In this document: piece by piece, positions 9,957 through 20,182 of the stretch
Layout of the letters: every line of letters starts with the position of its first letter
Position numbering within the stretch: position 1 is the first letter of the stretch
Source of the DNA: an uncultured Actinomycetes bacterium
GTDB taxonomy: Bacteria > Actinomycetota > Acidimicrobiia > Spongiisociales > DATADW01
Assembly: GCA_963824995.1 (NCBI GenBank)
Contig: CAWGRK010000008.1
Location: 62,001-126,000, forward strand
Reading direction: 5' to 3'
Length of the DNA: 64,000 nt
Translations under genes and position numbers: made by a program
The notes under the pieces: generated by a model
Database searches by the model: none
The model's input: only the letters and a program-made list of their open reading frames with translations
What the model was told of the DNA's origin: nothing

Positions 9957-10473
9957 CTACTGGGCATACCTCCGGGCCAGGTCGTCCAGATAGCCGCCCG
10001 CCGCTCTGGCCACATGGTGGCGCCAAAGCTCGACGTGGTCGACGGGGCCCTGGCTTTCGAGCGCCACGATGGTCGGAGCCAGAGCCGCTCGCTGGGCGGC
10101 GATCAGTTCGAGCGGCGATTGTTTCGCCCGCTCGAGTAGCGCCAGTTTGAGCTGGAACTCGATCCGGAGGTCTCTCACATGGCCGACCGGCTCCCCCAGC
10201 CAGCGCCGAAGCCGCTGACGCCCTGCGGGAGTCACTTGGTGGATGATGCGTCGCGGCCCCGAGTCGCCAGGTTCGGTACGAGCCGGCTGGGCCAGGCCCT
10301 CTGTGACGAGCCGATCGAGCGAGCGGTAGGCCTCGGTGGGACGCACGGTGAGGATCCGGCCGAGCGCCCCCATCGGGCCCGAGTTCCTTGGCGATGGCGA
10401 AGCCGTGAGTGGGGTGCTCGGCGAGCACCCCCAACACGGCGTGGTCGGTGACCGATAATCGGGAGCCGGCCAT
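9957..10473 (-). CDS. PadR family transcriptional regulator (frameshift near 10370)
   Basis: N-term HAVLGVLAEHPTHGFAIAKEL in one frame, continuing as YRSLDRLVTEGL..TPAGRQRLRRWL in another. Confidence 0.8.
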
Positions 10474-10497
10474 CGGATCAATTTGGAGGCGAAATCC

Positions 10498-10830
10498 TCA
10501 CATACCCGGGGTGGGCAAGTACTCGAGAATCTCGATGGTCGCACCCTCCATCATGAGATGAGGATGGTCATCGAGGAGCGGCTTCAGCTCATCCGCCGAG
10601 CCGGCCTCGAGGACCGAAAACCCCCCGATGTAATCCCCACTCGGCGCTCCGCCTGCCCCGACGACACCGGCATGGGAGACCGGTGTGCCGAAGTCGACCA
10701 GCGAGTCGCCCGCCTTGGCACCCCAGGCATTCCAAGCGTCCAGTCCTGCCTGAGCCTGTTCGGGGGTGGCGCTCGCCATCTGCTCCTCGGCTGATACCGG
10801 GGACCGGTACAGCACCATGAACTTCGCCAT
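10498..10830 (-). CDS. YciI-like protein
   Basis: MAKFMVLY..WNAW..LVDFG..IGGFSVLEA..HPH; RBS AGGAGGAG. Confidence 0.75.
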   Translation of the reverse strand: MAKFMVLYRSPVSAEEQMASATPEQAQAGLDAWNAWGAKAGDSLVDFGTPVSHAGVVGAGGAPSGDYIGGFSVLEAGSADELKPLLDDHPHLMMEGATIEILEYLPTPGM

Positions 10831-11087
10831 GTCTCCTCCTGGGCGTCGGGGACTCCCGTCCCATCTTCGCGCACACGAAACCTTGTGTCCGGGGTGCGCC
10901 CTACATCATCGACGAACGGGGACCGCCTCTCGGGACAGCGTCGACTGATTCTTCTCGTCTCGAGGTTCTCCGCCTGGCGAGGCCGCCACATATACGCATC
11001 GCGGTAGCGGCCGAATACGTATTCCTCCGGATGCGCCGTGGCGGAGAAAGGTGCACATTGGAGACCGGCCAAGCCCCGGAGGAGCAG

Positions 11088-11249
11088 ATGCTGATACACC
11101 ACACAGCGATCCGCCATTTCACCGAGCAACGCCGCCGGGACTACCGGTCGGCCATCCAAGGAGCCGCTCGCACGCCCGACGCCGTCCCCGGCTCCCGTCG
11201 CTGGTGGCCGGCCACACGTCGGACGCCGGCTCCGGCGACAGCCCGTTAG
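11088..11249 (+). CDS. Small hypothetical protein
   Basis: Strong RBS GGAGGAG before ATG 11088; lies directly upstream of the LAL regulator. Confidence 0.45.
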   Translation: MLIHHTAIRHFTEQRRRDYRSAIQGAARTPDAVPGSRRWWPATRRTPAPATAR

Positions 11250-11266
11250 CCCGTTAGGGGTTTTCG

Positions 11267-14124
11267 ATGGGTCGTAACCTGAAAGGCGTGATCGTCGGAC
11301 GCCCCGGTCTCAGCGCGGCGATGGTTGGCCGCAGATCCGAATTGGAGCGTTTGCTCGCCATGGTGCCGGTCGACGACGACCCAAGGGTGGCGCTCGTCGC
11401 AGGGGAGGCGGGAGTGGGCAAGACCCGGCTGGTCCGAGAGGTTCGCGCCCGCCTCCCTGAATCCGTCATCATCCTCTCAGGTCAGGCAACTCAGGAGGCG
11501 GCCGGGCGGCCCTTCGAGCTGTTGCTCGAGGCCATAGAACCGTACGTCGCATCGTGGGACGAGCTTCCTGATGAGCTGGAGACACGGGGTAGCGCGGTCC
11601 GGGCTTTGTTGGCGCCTGTGGCACCGCAGCTGGGAGGCGACGACCAGCGCGAGTACTTCCAACAAGAACTGCTCAGGGCAGCGGTCGAGGTGGTACGCCA
11701 GCTCATCCGAGAGAACACCGCCGTCCTCGTGTTCGAAGATCTGCACTGGGGCGATACGGAGAGCGTCAAGGTATTCGGGCGTCTCGGGACCGCTTCCGGC
11801 TTGCGGCTGCTCGCCTTGGGCACCTACCGGTCGGAGCGGCTCAATCGCCGTCACCCGTTGGCTGAACTGCTGGAGCAATTGGAGCGGGACCAATCGTTGC
11901 TCCATATCACGCTGCAGAGGCTGACTGTTGCTGAGGTGGCGGAACTGCTCGCAGGCGCCTACAGAAGGCCGATCCCGATACGGGTCGCGACCGAACTCCA
12001 CCAGCGGACCGGCGGCAACCCGTTCTTCCTCGAGGAACTGGTGACCGCAGCCGGTGACTTGCCGCCCGAAGAGCTACCCGATGTGCCGCTTCCCTGGAAT
12101 CTCAGCGAGGCGGTTCTTCGGCACCTCGACGCGCTCGACCCAGATGAGTTGTCGGTGCTGGAATCGGCCGCGGTGGCTGGTCAACGGTTCTCATTCGACC
12201 TGCTTCAGTCGATGACGGGGCTGGATGAGACCGAGCTCATTGGGATCCTGCGGCGGTTGGTCTACACCGGGCTCCTCGCCGAAGAAGCGCCCGACGTCCT
12301 CGCCTTCCGTCATGCCCTCACCCACGAGTCGGTTGTTGGAAGCCTGCTCGGCCGCCAGCGAAGACGCCTGCACGAGGCGGCTTTCGAGGCATTGCAGCGG
12401 TCGGGGAATGAGGACTACGCCTTGCTCACCTACCACGCCGAGGGCGCCGAACGGTACGACGACATGGTGGATGTCTCCCGCCGAGGTGCGCACCACTACC
12501 TGAGGACCGGCGCCACCCAGGAAGCACTGCGGCTTGCCGAGAGAGCCCTCGCCGAGGCGGGAGAGGACATCGAGCTTCTCGAGGTGGCGTCGCTGGCGGC
12601 GTGGCGCGCGCCGACCGCCTTGACGACGCCGCGGTGTATGCCGGTCGGTGGGAGGCTGCCGCGGTGATGGCAGTCTCCCCTGCGGAGCGATCACGCGCTC
12701 TGCGATTACGGGCCCGTATCGAATTCGACGCCGGCCGACCGTCGGCCCAGTTGCAGTATCTCGAAGAGGCTCTCGGGGCGGTCGCGCCTCTCGGGGAGAC
12801 CGAGGAACTGGCCTGGGTCTACAGCCAGCTTGCCGAGGCCCACATGCTGATGGAGCAATTGGACTCCGCCGTGGATTGGGCAGATCGGTCGCTCGAGCTT
12901 GCCGATCGGGTCGGTTCGGAGGGGGCCAAGGTGCGAGCCTTGGTGAACAAGGGATCGGCGGTGATCGATGGCGATCTGGCTGCGGGCATCGAGTTGCTCG
13001 AGGAAGCGGCAGCTCTCGCCGAGAGCATCGGAGACCACCTCAGCCATGTGAGGGCGATCAACAATGCCCTCATCGGTGGCGTGAGGATCTGGCCGCCGGA
13101 GCGCACCTCAGCAGCCATCGACCGGATGCAGGACGTGGCGGAACGGGCCGGCCTCGACCACTTCGTCACGATGGCTATCGCCGCCCGGGGATATTCGGCG
13201 GAGCTCGATGGAAACCTGGACCTCGCCATCTCCGTCTTCTCCGACCTCAGCTGGGACGAACAGGTTGGCGAGTACGAATCGACGAGGATCCACCTGGCAA
13301 CGCTGCTCTGCGATGGCGACGACCCCGATGGCGCGGCCGCCGTGCTTGACAGGATCGGCGAGCCTGAGGAGCCCTCGAAAAAGTGCTGTTACATCGTCAC
13401 CCGCGTTTACATCGCAGCCCTACGCCGAGACCCCGACGAGGTGAGAGCATTGATGGCCAGATTCGTCGAGGACCCCTCGGTCGCACCGGATCCGGGAGAC
13501 GACGATGCCTACCTGATGGCGCTTCTCGCCCTGAAGGTGGGGGTATCTCCGGCCGAGGTACGTCCACTCCTCGACTCTGTCCCCGACGAGGGAAAGCTTG
13601 CCTTCGATCACGACCCTGCCCTCGAGTGGGCGGTCGAAGGCGCATTGCTTTCTGCGGAGGGCTCGCACGAGGAGGGACTGGCCGCCTACCAGCGAGCGCT
13701 CGGGGATGGGAGGCGTCGCTCTGCCGCCGCCACCGCAGGATTCCGCGTCTCGTTGGCCCACAGCCTGCTGGCGACGGGACAAAAGGCCGAAGCGATCTCG
13801 CAGGCCCGCGAAGCGTGGCGGCTGCTGGAGAACTGGCCGGGATGGTTGGCCGAGGAGACCCTCGCCCTTTTGCGTCGGCTCGGGGTGGGTCAAGAGGTGG
13901 AGGGGCCAAAGACACTCACCTCGCGGGAGCGCGAGGTGGCTGCTCTGTTGGCGGAAGGTATGAGCAACGCTGAGGTCGCCGACCGTCTCTTCATCTCTGT
14001 TCGGACCGCCGCGGTCCATGTATCGCACATCCTCACCAAGCTGGGGATGTCCTCGCGCGCCGAAGTAGCTGCCTGGGCGGTCCGAAATGGCATCGCACCA
14101 GTGACAGACCGAGCAGCAGGATGA
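11267..14124 (+). CDS. LAL-type AAA ATPase / LuxR HTH regulator (frameshift near 12610)
   Basis: MVGRRSEL, GEAGVGKTRL, FEDLHW, TGGNPFFLEEL, FRHAL; C-term LTSREREVA..VHVSHILTKLG in a second frame. Confidence 0.85.
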
Positions 14125-14155
14125 CCAAAGCACCGCACCATTAGGCTCACCGCCC

Positions 14156-14695
14156 GTGACCGAACTCGACGAGCAGGGTCGCCCGGAACCTCCTCCTGCA
14201 GGCAACGAGACCGACACCCTCGTTGGCTTTCTGGAGTACCAACGCGCCACTCTGGCGTGGAAATCGGGCGGGTTGGACATGGCCGGTCTGAGCACCACGG
14301 TGGGTGCTTCGACAATGACCCTTGGCGGGATGCTCAAGCACATGGCCTGGGTGGAGGACTTCTGGTTCTCCGTTCGCCTCCACGGGCGAGACCCGGCCAC
14401 CATCTGGGAAGACGTTGACTGGAAGGCCGACCCCGACTGGGAATGGAACTCGGCGGCCGCGGACTCGCCTGAAGAGGTGCGCGCACTTTGGCAGGAAGCT
14501 GTGGAGCGCTCCCGCACGCTCGCAGCGGAGGCGCTTGCAGACGGGGGACTGGATCGGCTTGCCAAACGCCCCTGGCAGGATGGTCGGGCGCCGAGCCTGC
14601 GTTGGATTTTGGTCCACATGATTGAGGAATATTCCCGGCACAACGGCCATGCCGACCTCATCCGCGAGTCAATTGACGGCGTGGTCGGGGAATAG
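14156..14695 (+). CDS. DinB/DUF664 family protein
   Basis: FLEYQRATL, TLGGMLKHM, SLRWILVHMIEEYSRHNGHAD. Confidence 0.88.
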   Translation: MTELDEQGRPEPPPAGNETDTLVGFLEYQRATLAWKSGGLDMAGLSTTVGASTMTLGGMLKHMAWVEDFWFSVRLHGRDPATIWEDVDWKADPDWEWNSAAADSPEEVRALWQEAVERSRTLAAEALADGGLDRLAKRPWQDGRAPSLRWILVHMIEEYSRHNGHADLIRESIDGVVGE

Positions 14696-14775
14696 ACCGC
14701 CCTGTCGGACGATCCAAGGCGCGCGGAAAGGACCGCCGTGTACGCTGGCTGTGCGTCGCCATGGGAGGGTGTGGG

Positions 14776-15219
14776 GTGAGCACGGAAGAAAACAAGGCCG
14801 TAGTCCAGCGCTGGTTCAGCGAGGTCGTCAGCAACGGCGACATGAGCTGTCTCGATGAGATATGTGCCGTCTGTCATCCGCAGTTCGCCATGGTCCGGGG
14901 CGTCGTCGAACCCGCCCCTCAGGGCATCCCCGGCCTCAAGGACCTGATCGCCAGCTTTCGCACGGCGTTTCCGGATCTCACCGCCACCGTCGATGAGCAG
15001 GTCGCCGAAGGGGACAAGGTCGTCACCCGATTGACCATGAGCGGGACGCATCAGGGCGAGTTCATGGGCATGCCGGCGACGGGCAAGTCCTTTTCGATCC
15101 CAGGGGTCAGCATTTGGGAGGTTCGCGGCGGCCAGCTCATCTCCGAGTGGGTGAGCTGGGATTCGATGGGAATGATGCAACAGCTCGGAGCTGTGCCGGC
15201 TCCCGCGCCCCAGTCTTGA
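14776..15219 (+). CDS. SnoaL-like ester cyclase
   Basis: STEENKAVV, AFPDL, AEGDKVV, GTHQGEFMGMPATGK. Confidence 0.88.
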   Translation: MSTEENKAVVQRWFSEVVSNGDMSCLDEICAVCHPQFAMVRGVVEPAPQGIPGLKDLIASFRTAFPDLTATVDEQVAEGDKVVTRLTMSGTHQGEFMGMPATGKSFSIPGVSIWEVRGGQLISEWVSWDSMGMMQQLGAVPAPAPQS

Positions 15220-15266
15220 TGTAATCCGAGTCGGCCCAACGCATGCGTCCCAGGGCCGACTGGGAC

Positions 15267-15710
15267 TCAATCGCCCAGCGAAGGATGCTGGTCGTCCGCC
15301 GGTTGCCACGAGGGAGACCCCACCTCGGTCACATGGGGCCGGTCGCTGGGGGTGACCCAGAAGCCGACGAAGCTGGCGGGAAAGGTGGGGTGGGGGTTGT
15401 AAGCCCGATGGACGACACCCACCGGCTCGGTATAGACCTCGCCCGCCCGGTAGTGCTCAGACCTGCCTTCGTATTGGAGTGTGACCAGACCCTGTATCAC
15501 CAGGAAGAACACAACCCCGTTGTGAACGTGCCAGTTGGCGGTCCGACCCGGCATGAGCTCGGAGAGTTGGACGTTGACGCGGGACTCCGGATCGCGTGGC
15601 AGCCGGGTCTCGACCTCGTCATAGATCACTCGCCGCACATGTGCTGCACCGGCCGGGACGAGGCCCGTCAATTGCAGCACCAGGTCTGGAGGAGCCTGTT
15701 CGGTGCTCAT
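15267..15710 (-). CDS. Cupin domain protein
   Basis: WHVH..GEVYTEPVGVVHRAYN cupin motifs. Confidence 0.75.
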   Translation of the reverse strand: MSTEQAPPDLVLQLTGLVPAGAAHVRRVIYDEVETRLPRDPESRVNVQLSELMPGRTANWHVHNGVVFFLVIQGLVTLQYEGRSEHYRAGEVYTEPVGVVHRAYNPHPTFPASFVGFWVTPSDRPHVTEVGSPSWQPADDQHPSLGD

Positions 15711-15796
15711 GCCACGCTCCCAGTCTCGACAACACGCCTCTGCGGATGAATCTCTCGCCACGATGAATCGGTCGGTAAACCGTTGGACCAACCTCG

Positions 15797-16657
15797 CTAG
15801 GCCTCGAGATCTTTGTGCTCTGCGACAAACTGGCTGACGATCAAGGTTGCCCCCTGCGGATCCTTGATCACCACCAGCTTGGTCCACGGCGCGTCCAATG
15901 GCCCGGCTACGACCTCGCCCCCCAACTCAGCCGCCTTCGCCGCGGCGGCGGCGGCGTCGTCGATCCCAAACGTCACGCTCCAGTGAGGCGGTGTCTCCGT
16001 GTCGTCGTCGGCGATCGGGTTGAGCGAAGCGACCACGTCGATGAAGCCCTCAGGCCCCCCCATCTGCGCCACCTGCTCGCGCAAGCCGGGGTTGTCCTCT
16101 TCGAGGTGGTCGCCGTACCCGGGCAGCGACCACATCTCGCCCGCGGGCAGTGCCAGGGTCTCCCATCCGAAGATGGAGCCGTAGAACGCCTTTGCGCCGT
16201 CTGGATCCCTCGTGGAGAGGCCGTTGAAATTGAGCGCACCGTGCTCGTTGACGACCTGCGCACCCTTGTGAGCCCTCGCTTCCCAGACGCAGAAGGCGGC
16301 CCCCTCGGGATCGGCGAGCACCGCCATACGGCCGGTGTCCAAGACGTCGAATGGTTCTGTCAGCACGCTTCCACCGGCGTCGCGGGCTTTGGCCGACGTC
16401 TCGTCGGCGCTGTCCACCCAGATGTAAGTGTTCCAAGCAGCCACAGGCGGAGCGCCTGGAGGGATCGAGCCGATTGCCGCGGCATCGCCCCCGCGGATCC
16501 GGCCGACGTAGTACTCGCCCTCTGACTCTTCGGGCATGACGTCCTCGAATTCCCATCCAAAGAGACCGCTGTAGAAGGCCAGTACGGACTCTGGGTCGGG
16601 GTTGCTGGTATCGATCCAGCAAGGGACGCCTGGGATGTAGCCGTCTCGCTCGGGCAT
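15797..16657 (-). CDS. Two-domain VOC family protein
   Basis: PGVPCWID, WNTYIWVD, GRMAVLADPEGA, DPQGA. Confidence 0.88.
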   Translation of the reverse strand: MPERDGYIPGVPCWIDTSNPDPESVLAFYSGLFGWEFEDVMPEESEGEYYVGRIRGGDAAAIGSIPPGAPPVAAWNTYIWVDSADETSAKARDAGGSVLTEPFDVLDTGRMAVLADPEGAAFCVWEARAHKGAQVVNEHGALNFNGLSTRDPDGAKAFYGSIFGWETLALPAGEMWSLPGYGDHLEEDNPGLREQVAQMGGPEGFIDVVASLNPIADDDTETPPHWSVTFGIDDAAAAAAKAAELGGEVVAGPLDAPWTKLVVIKDPQGATLIVSQFVAEHKDLEA

Positions 16658-16794
16658 TGTTTATCTCATTCCTCGGGGTGATCGGACCATACCTGGCTCG
16701 CAGGGAGACCCTCTCTGGGGCCAGTTGGGCGGTTCCGACCCGGGATCCACGCCGTCACTACCCTCCGGTAAGACCCTCTCCCGAAGGAGACGCC

Positions 16795-17109
16795 ATGTTG
16801 ATGACGACAACGCCGGAGGTCGCGGGGAGCCAGATCGCCGAGTACATCGACGTGATCACGGCTCAGGGCGTACTCGGGGTCAACGTCTTCAAGGACGTTG
16901 CGGCCGGGATGCGCAACATTTTCGGTGGTCGCTCCAAGTCTTACGAGAACGAACTCACCGCCGGGGTCAACTCGGTCCTAGACGAGTTACGCAAGCACGC
17001 CACCGATGTTGGCGCCGACGCCGTCGTGGGCGTGGACATCGACTACGAAACCGTCGGCTCCAACATGCTGATGATCAGCGCCTCTGGCACCGCGGTCAAG
17101 CTGAATTGA
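16795..17109 (+). CDS. YbjQ/UPF0145 family protein
   Basis: GGRSKSYE, GADAVVGVDIDYE, SASGTAVK; RBS AAGGAG. Confidence 0.9.
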   Translation: MLMTTTPEVAGSQIAEYIDVITAQGVLGVNVFKDVAAGMRNIFGGRSKSYENELTAGVNSVLDELRKHATDVGADAVVGVDIDYETVGSNMLMISASGTAVKLN

Positions 17110-17140
17110 AAATCTCTGGTAGGTACTAACAGCCTCACAC

Positions 17141-17908
17141 ATGTTCGATAGCCCATACCCCGGGGTGAGTTCTCTCATTGAAGAACTCCTTGGCCGAATT
17201 CGGGCCTCGATTGGCGACCGACTTAGCGGCTTGTACCTATTCGGGTCACTGGTTGCCGGGGATTTCGATTTAGACAAAAGCGACATCGACCTGCTGGCAA
17301 TCGTTGAAGGCGATATAGATGACACAGCTCTAGTAGTACTTGGGGAGATGCACGATGCGTTCATCCGTTCATATCCTGAATGGGAAGATCGAATTGAAGT
17401 TGCATATGTATCGGTCGAAGCCATGAGAGACTTCAAGTCTCACCCGAGTCGGATAGCTCGTATCAGTCCTGGCGAACCGCTCCACTTTAGAGAAATGGAT
17501 AGCCAGTGGTTAATGGACTGGTACCAGGTGCAAGAGCAAGATGTCACCGTCCTCGGCCCTCCCCCTCACCGATACATCCCACATATATCGACCGAAGAGT
17601 TCATTGAGTCGCTCAAGAACCGCCTGCCAGATTGGAGAATCTCCGTAGGAGATGCTCACACGGTTGGTCATCAATCGTACATCATTCTGTCGCTTTGCCG
17701 CACTCTCTATTCCATCCATCACTCCCGACAAGTATCAAAGGTAGCTGCCGGGGAATGGGCTTCACTTGAATTTCCGGAATGGTCCCAACTGATACGAGAT
17801 GCTCTGCGGTGGCATGGGTCTTCCGACAAGACCGACAGCCTTTCGACTCAGGCGATGACAATAGGTTTTGTGGAGTTCGCGAATGGACAGGCTGGAGCAA
17901 GGAACTAG
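17141..17908 (+). CDS. Aminoglycoside adenylyltransferase-like nucleotidyltransferase (AadA/ANT-like, DUF4111 C-term)
   Basis: GLYLFGSLVAGDF..SDIDLL NTase motif; YIILSLCRTLY..SKVAAGEWA C-terminal motif; visibly AT-richer than flanks. Confidence 0.75.
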   Translation: MFDSPYPGVSSLIEELLGRIRASIGDRLSGLYLFGSLVAGDFDLDKSDIDLLAIVEGDIDDTALVVLGEMHDAFIRSYPEWEDRIEVAYVSVEAMRDFKSHPSRIARISPGEPLHFREMDSQWLMDWYQVQEQDVTVLGPPPHRYIPHISTEEFIESLKNRLPDWRISVGDAHTVGHQSYIILSLCRTLYSIHHSRQVSKVAAGEWASLEFPEWSQLIRDALRWHGSSDKTDSLSTQAMTIGFVEFANGQAGARN

Positions 17909-18168
17909 TCATCTATTGGCGGCCCGAGTGGCCATCGATTGGATCTCGCTCGTGACACCCGCCGCAAGACCGATCAGCGCGCGGTTTCTCCACAGGCTGC
18001 CAGACGCCTGGGCGCCGCCATGGACGACGTCGCCGCCATCCTCGTTCCCTACAGTGGACGAGCCTGGACGATGCGCACATCGCCATGCACTGGGACCCCG
18101 TGCTCGACGGCACTGCCGACGGCATCATTGTCCAACGTTAGAGATCGAGCAGTTGTCGGGAGGACAGC

Positions 18169-19916
18169 ATGACGCTTCCGAGCGGTGTCGTCACGTTTCT
18201 CTTCACAGACGTCGTCGGTAGCTCCACCAAGTGGGACATCGCTGGTGACGTCATGGAGGGCGCGATACGCCGCCACGATGAGATCATCGAGAGGGCGATC
18301 TCATCCCAATCCGGAGAGGTCGTCAAGAAGACTGGGGATGGGTTCATGGCGGTGTTCGCCAACCCAACCGAGGCGGTCTCGGCGGCGGTCGAGTCACAGC
18401 GAACGCTCGGCGCCGAGGCGTGGGAGGCGGCGATCGCCGACTTCGCCGTACGGATCGGCATCCACACCGGATCGGGGCAGTTGGTGAACGGCGACGACTA
18501 CCTCGGTTCCGCACCCAACAAGGCGGCTCGCATCGAGTCCGCGGGGCATGGGGGCCAGATCCTCGTCTCGGCGGCTACCAGGGAGCTGGTTGACGAGGCC
18601 GCAGACCTGGTTCGATTCCGAGACCTCGGTGACCACTATCTCCGCGGACTGAGCCGTCCGGAGCGCTTGTATCAGGTGACAGGCGATGGATTGATCGACG
18701 ACTTCCCGCCGATCAGGACCGAGTCGAAGCCCGAGCGGCCGTCGATCGCCGTGCTCCCCTTCGAGACCATTGGCGACCTCCAACGGGATGCGTTCGCTGA
18801 CGGGCTGGTCGAGGACTTGATCACCGGACTTTCCCGATGCCGCGATCTGTTCGTGATTGCGCGCAACTCGACGTTCGTATACAAGGACTCCCCGGTGGAC
18901 ATCACCACAGTCGCCGCCAAACTCGGCGTTCGCTACGTCCTCGAGGGGAGCGTGCGATGGTCGGGGGAACGGGCGCGCATCACCGCCCAGCTCATCGACG
19001 GGTCGACGGGAGGCCACCTCTGGGCGGAGAAGTACGACCGCGACGTCGAAGACGTGTTCGGCGTTATCGACGAGATCACCGGTGACATCGTGGCCCAGCT
19101 CAGCGGCTACCACGGCATCCTGGTGTTGACCGAGAAGAAGCGGACCGTCGCCCAAGACCCCGGGTCGCTCGGCGACTACGAGACCTACATCGCGGGCTCG
19201 AGCTCAAGCACCGGTTCATGCCGGAAGCCAATGTCGAATCGAGACAGACCCTCCTTCAGGTCCTCGAGCACCGGCCGGCGTTCGCTCGCGCCCATGTAGC
19301 GCTGGCGTGGACGTGGCTGTTCGAGGTGTTTTGGGGATGGAGCGAAACACCAGAGGTCTCGCTCCGCGAGGCGTGGAAGGCGGCCAAACGCGCCGCCGAG
19401 CTCGACGATCTCGACTCCGAAACGCACTGGGTGCTCGGCGAGCTGCACATGGCACAGGGCGAGTACGAGCGCACCGAAGCCGAGTACAGCCGTGCCATCG
19501 AACTCAATCCGAGCCTCGCCGACGTCCGCGCCAACTGGGCTTCCACCGCCAACCGCCTTGGAATGGCCGAAGAGGGGGTCGAGTCGATGGAGCTGGCGAT
19601 GAAACTCAACCCAAACCCCCCGCCCTGGTACACGTGGTTCCACGGCTCCTCGCTGTACGGCGCCCACCACTACCAAGAGGCAGTAGTTGCGCTCCAAGCC
19701 GCCGCGGTGCACACCGTGGTCAGCAGGTTGTACCTCGCTGCCGCCCTGCACCGGTTGGGGAGAGCTGATGAGGCGGGGCTGGCACTTGCCAAGGCCCAGC
19801 AAGATGTCCCCGAGATCACCATCGCCATGCTCGAGCAGATCGAGGCCTACCGTGACCCGGCGGGACAGGCTCACCTGTCGGAACCACTGCGATCTATGGG
19901 ACTACCCGAGTCCTGA
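18169..19916 (+). CDS. Class III adenylate/guanylate cyclase with TolB-like and TPR domains (frameshift near 19195)
   Basis: TFLFTDVVGS, GDGFMAVF, RIGIHTG, NKAARI; PSIAVLPF, VIARNS, HLWAEKYD; TPRs in a second frame. Confidence 0.85.
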
Positions 19917-20014
19917 GCGTCGACGAGGATCTCAGCGAGGACATCGCGCGTAGATCGAGCGATCTGGGCAGAGTCGTCGAGCTGTGGAGGGCTCTAACCT
20001 GGGGTTTTGCTGTG

Positions 20015-20052
20015 GGGCCTGTAGCTCAATTGGTAGAGCAGGGGACTTTTAA
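20015..20052 (+). repeat. tRNA-Lys(UUU) 5' half, copy 1 (att-like junction)
   Basis: 38/38 identical to 27625-27662; ends at anticodon loop CTTTTAA with no 3' half following. Confidence 0.92.
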
Positions 20053-20182
20053 GCCCGTTGGCGTCACCGCTGAGCTAAACCACGTTCTACCAGGCACTTC
20101 GCGCTCGGGCGACCACCGTCTAGGCGCGAATCCCTTGCTCTTGGCCATGGCCAGAAGTCCCTTGCTCTCTGGACTTGGAATC
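20053..20182 (+). repeat. Conserved non-coding arm, copy 1
   Basis: 48-nt block GCCCGTTGGCGT..CTACCAGGCACTTC, then 24 nt, CGCGAATCCCTTGCTCT, 13 nt, AAGTCCCTTGC. Confidence 0.9.

Noticed and set aside
10990..11040. TACG-containing repeats as a LAL regulator operator
   Set aside because: Too short and degenerate to support without comparative data
13420..15309. 629-aa minus-strand ORF (and similar long ORFs at 38290-39864, 58076-60160, 48665-49930)
   Set aside because: Antisense shadows of well-supported genes or tRNAs in high-GC DNA; no recognisable motifs
17115..17122. TCTGGTAG upstream of the ANT-like gene, resembling the cassette CCTGGTAG box
   Set aside because: 7/8 match only, with no tRNA half or arm nearby; could be chance or part of a promoter
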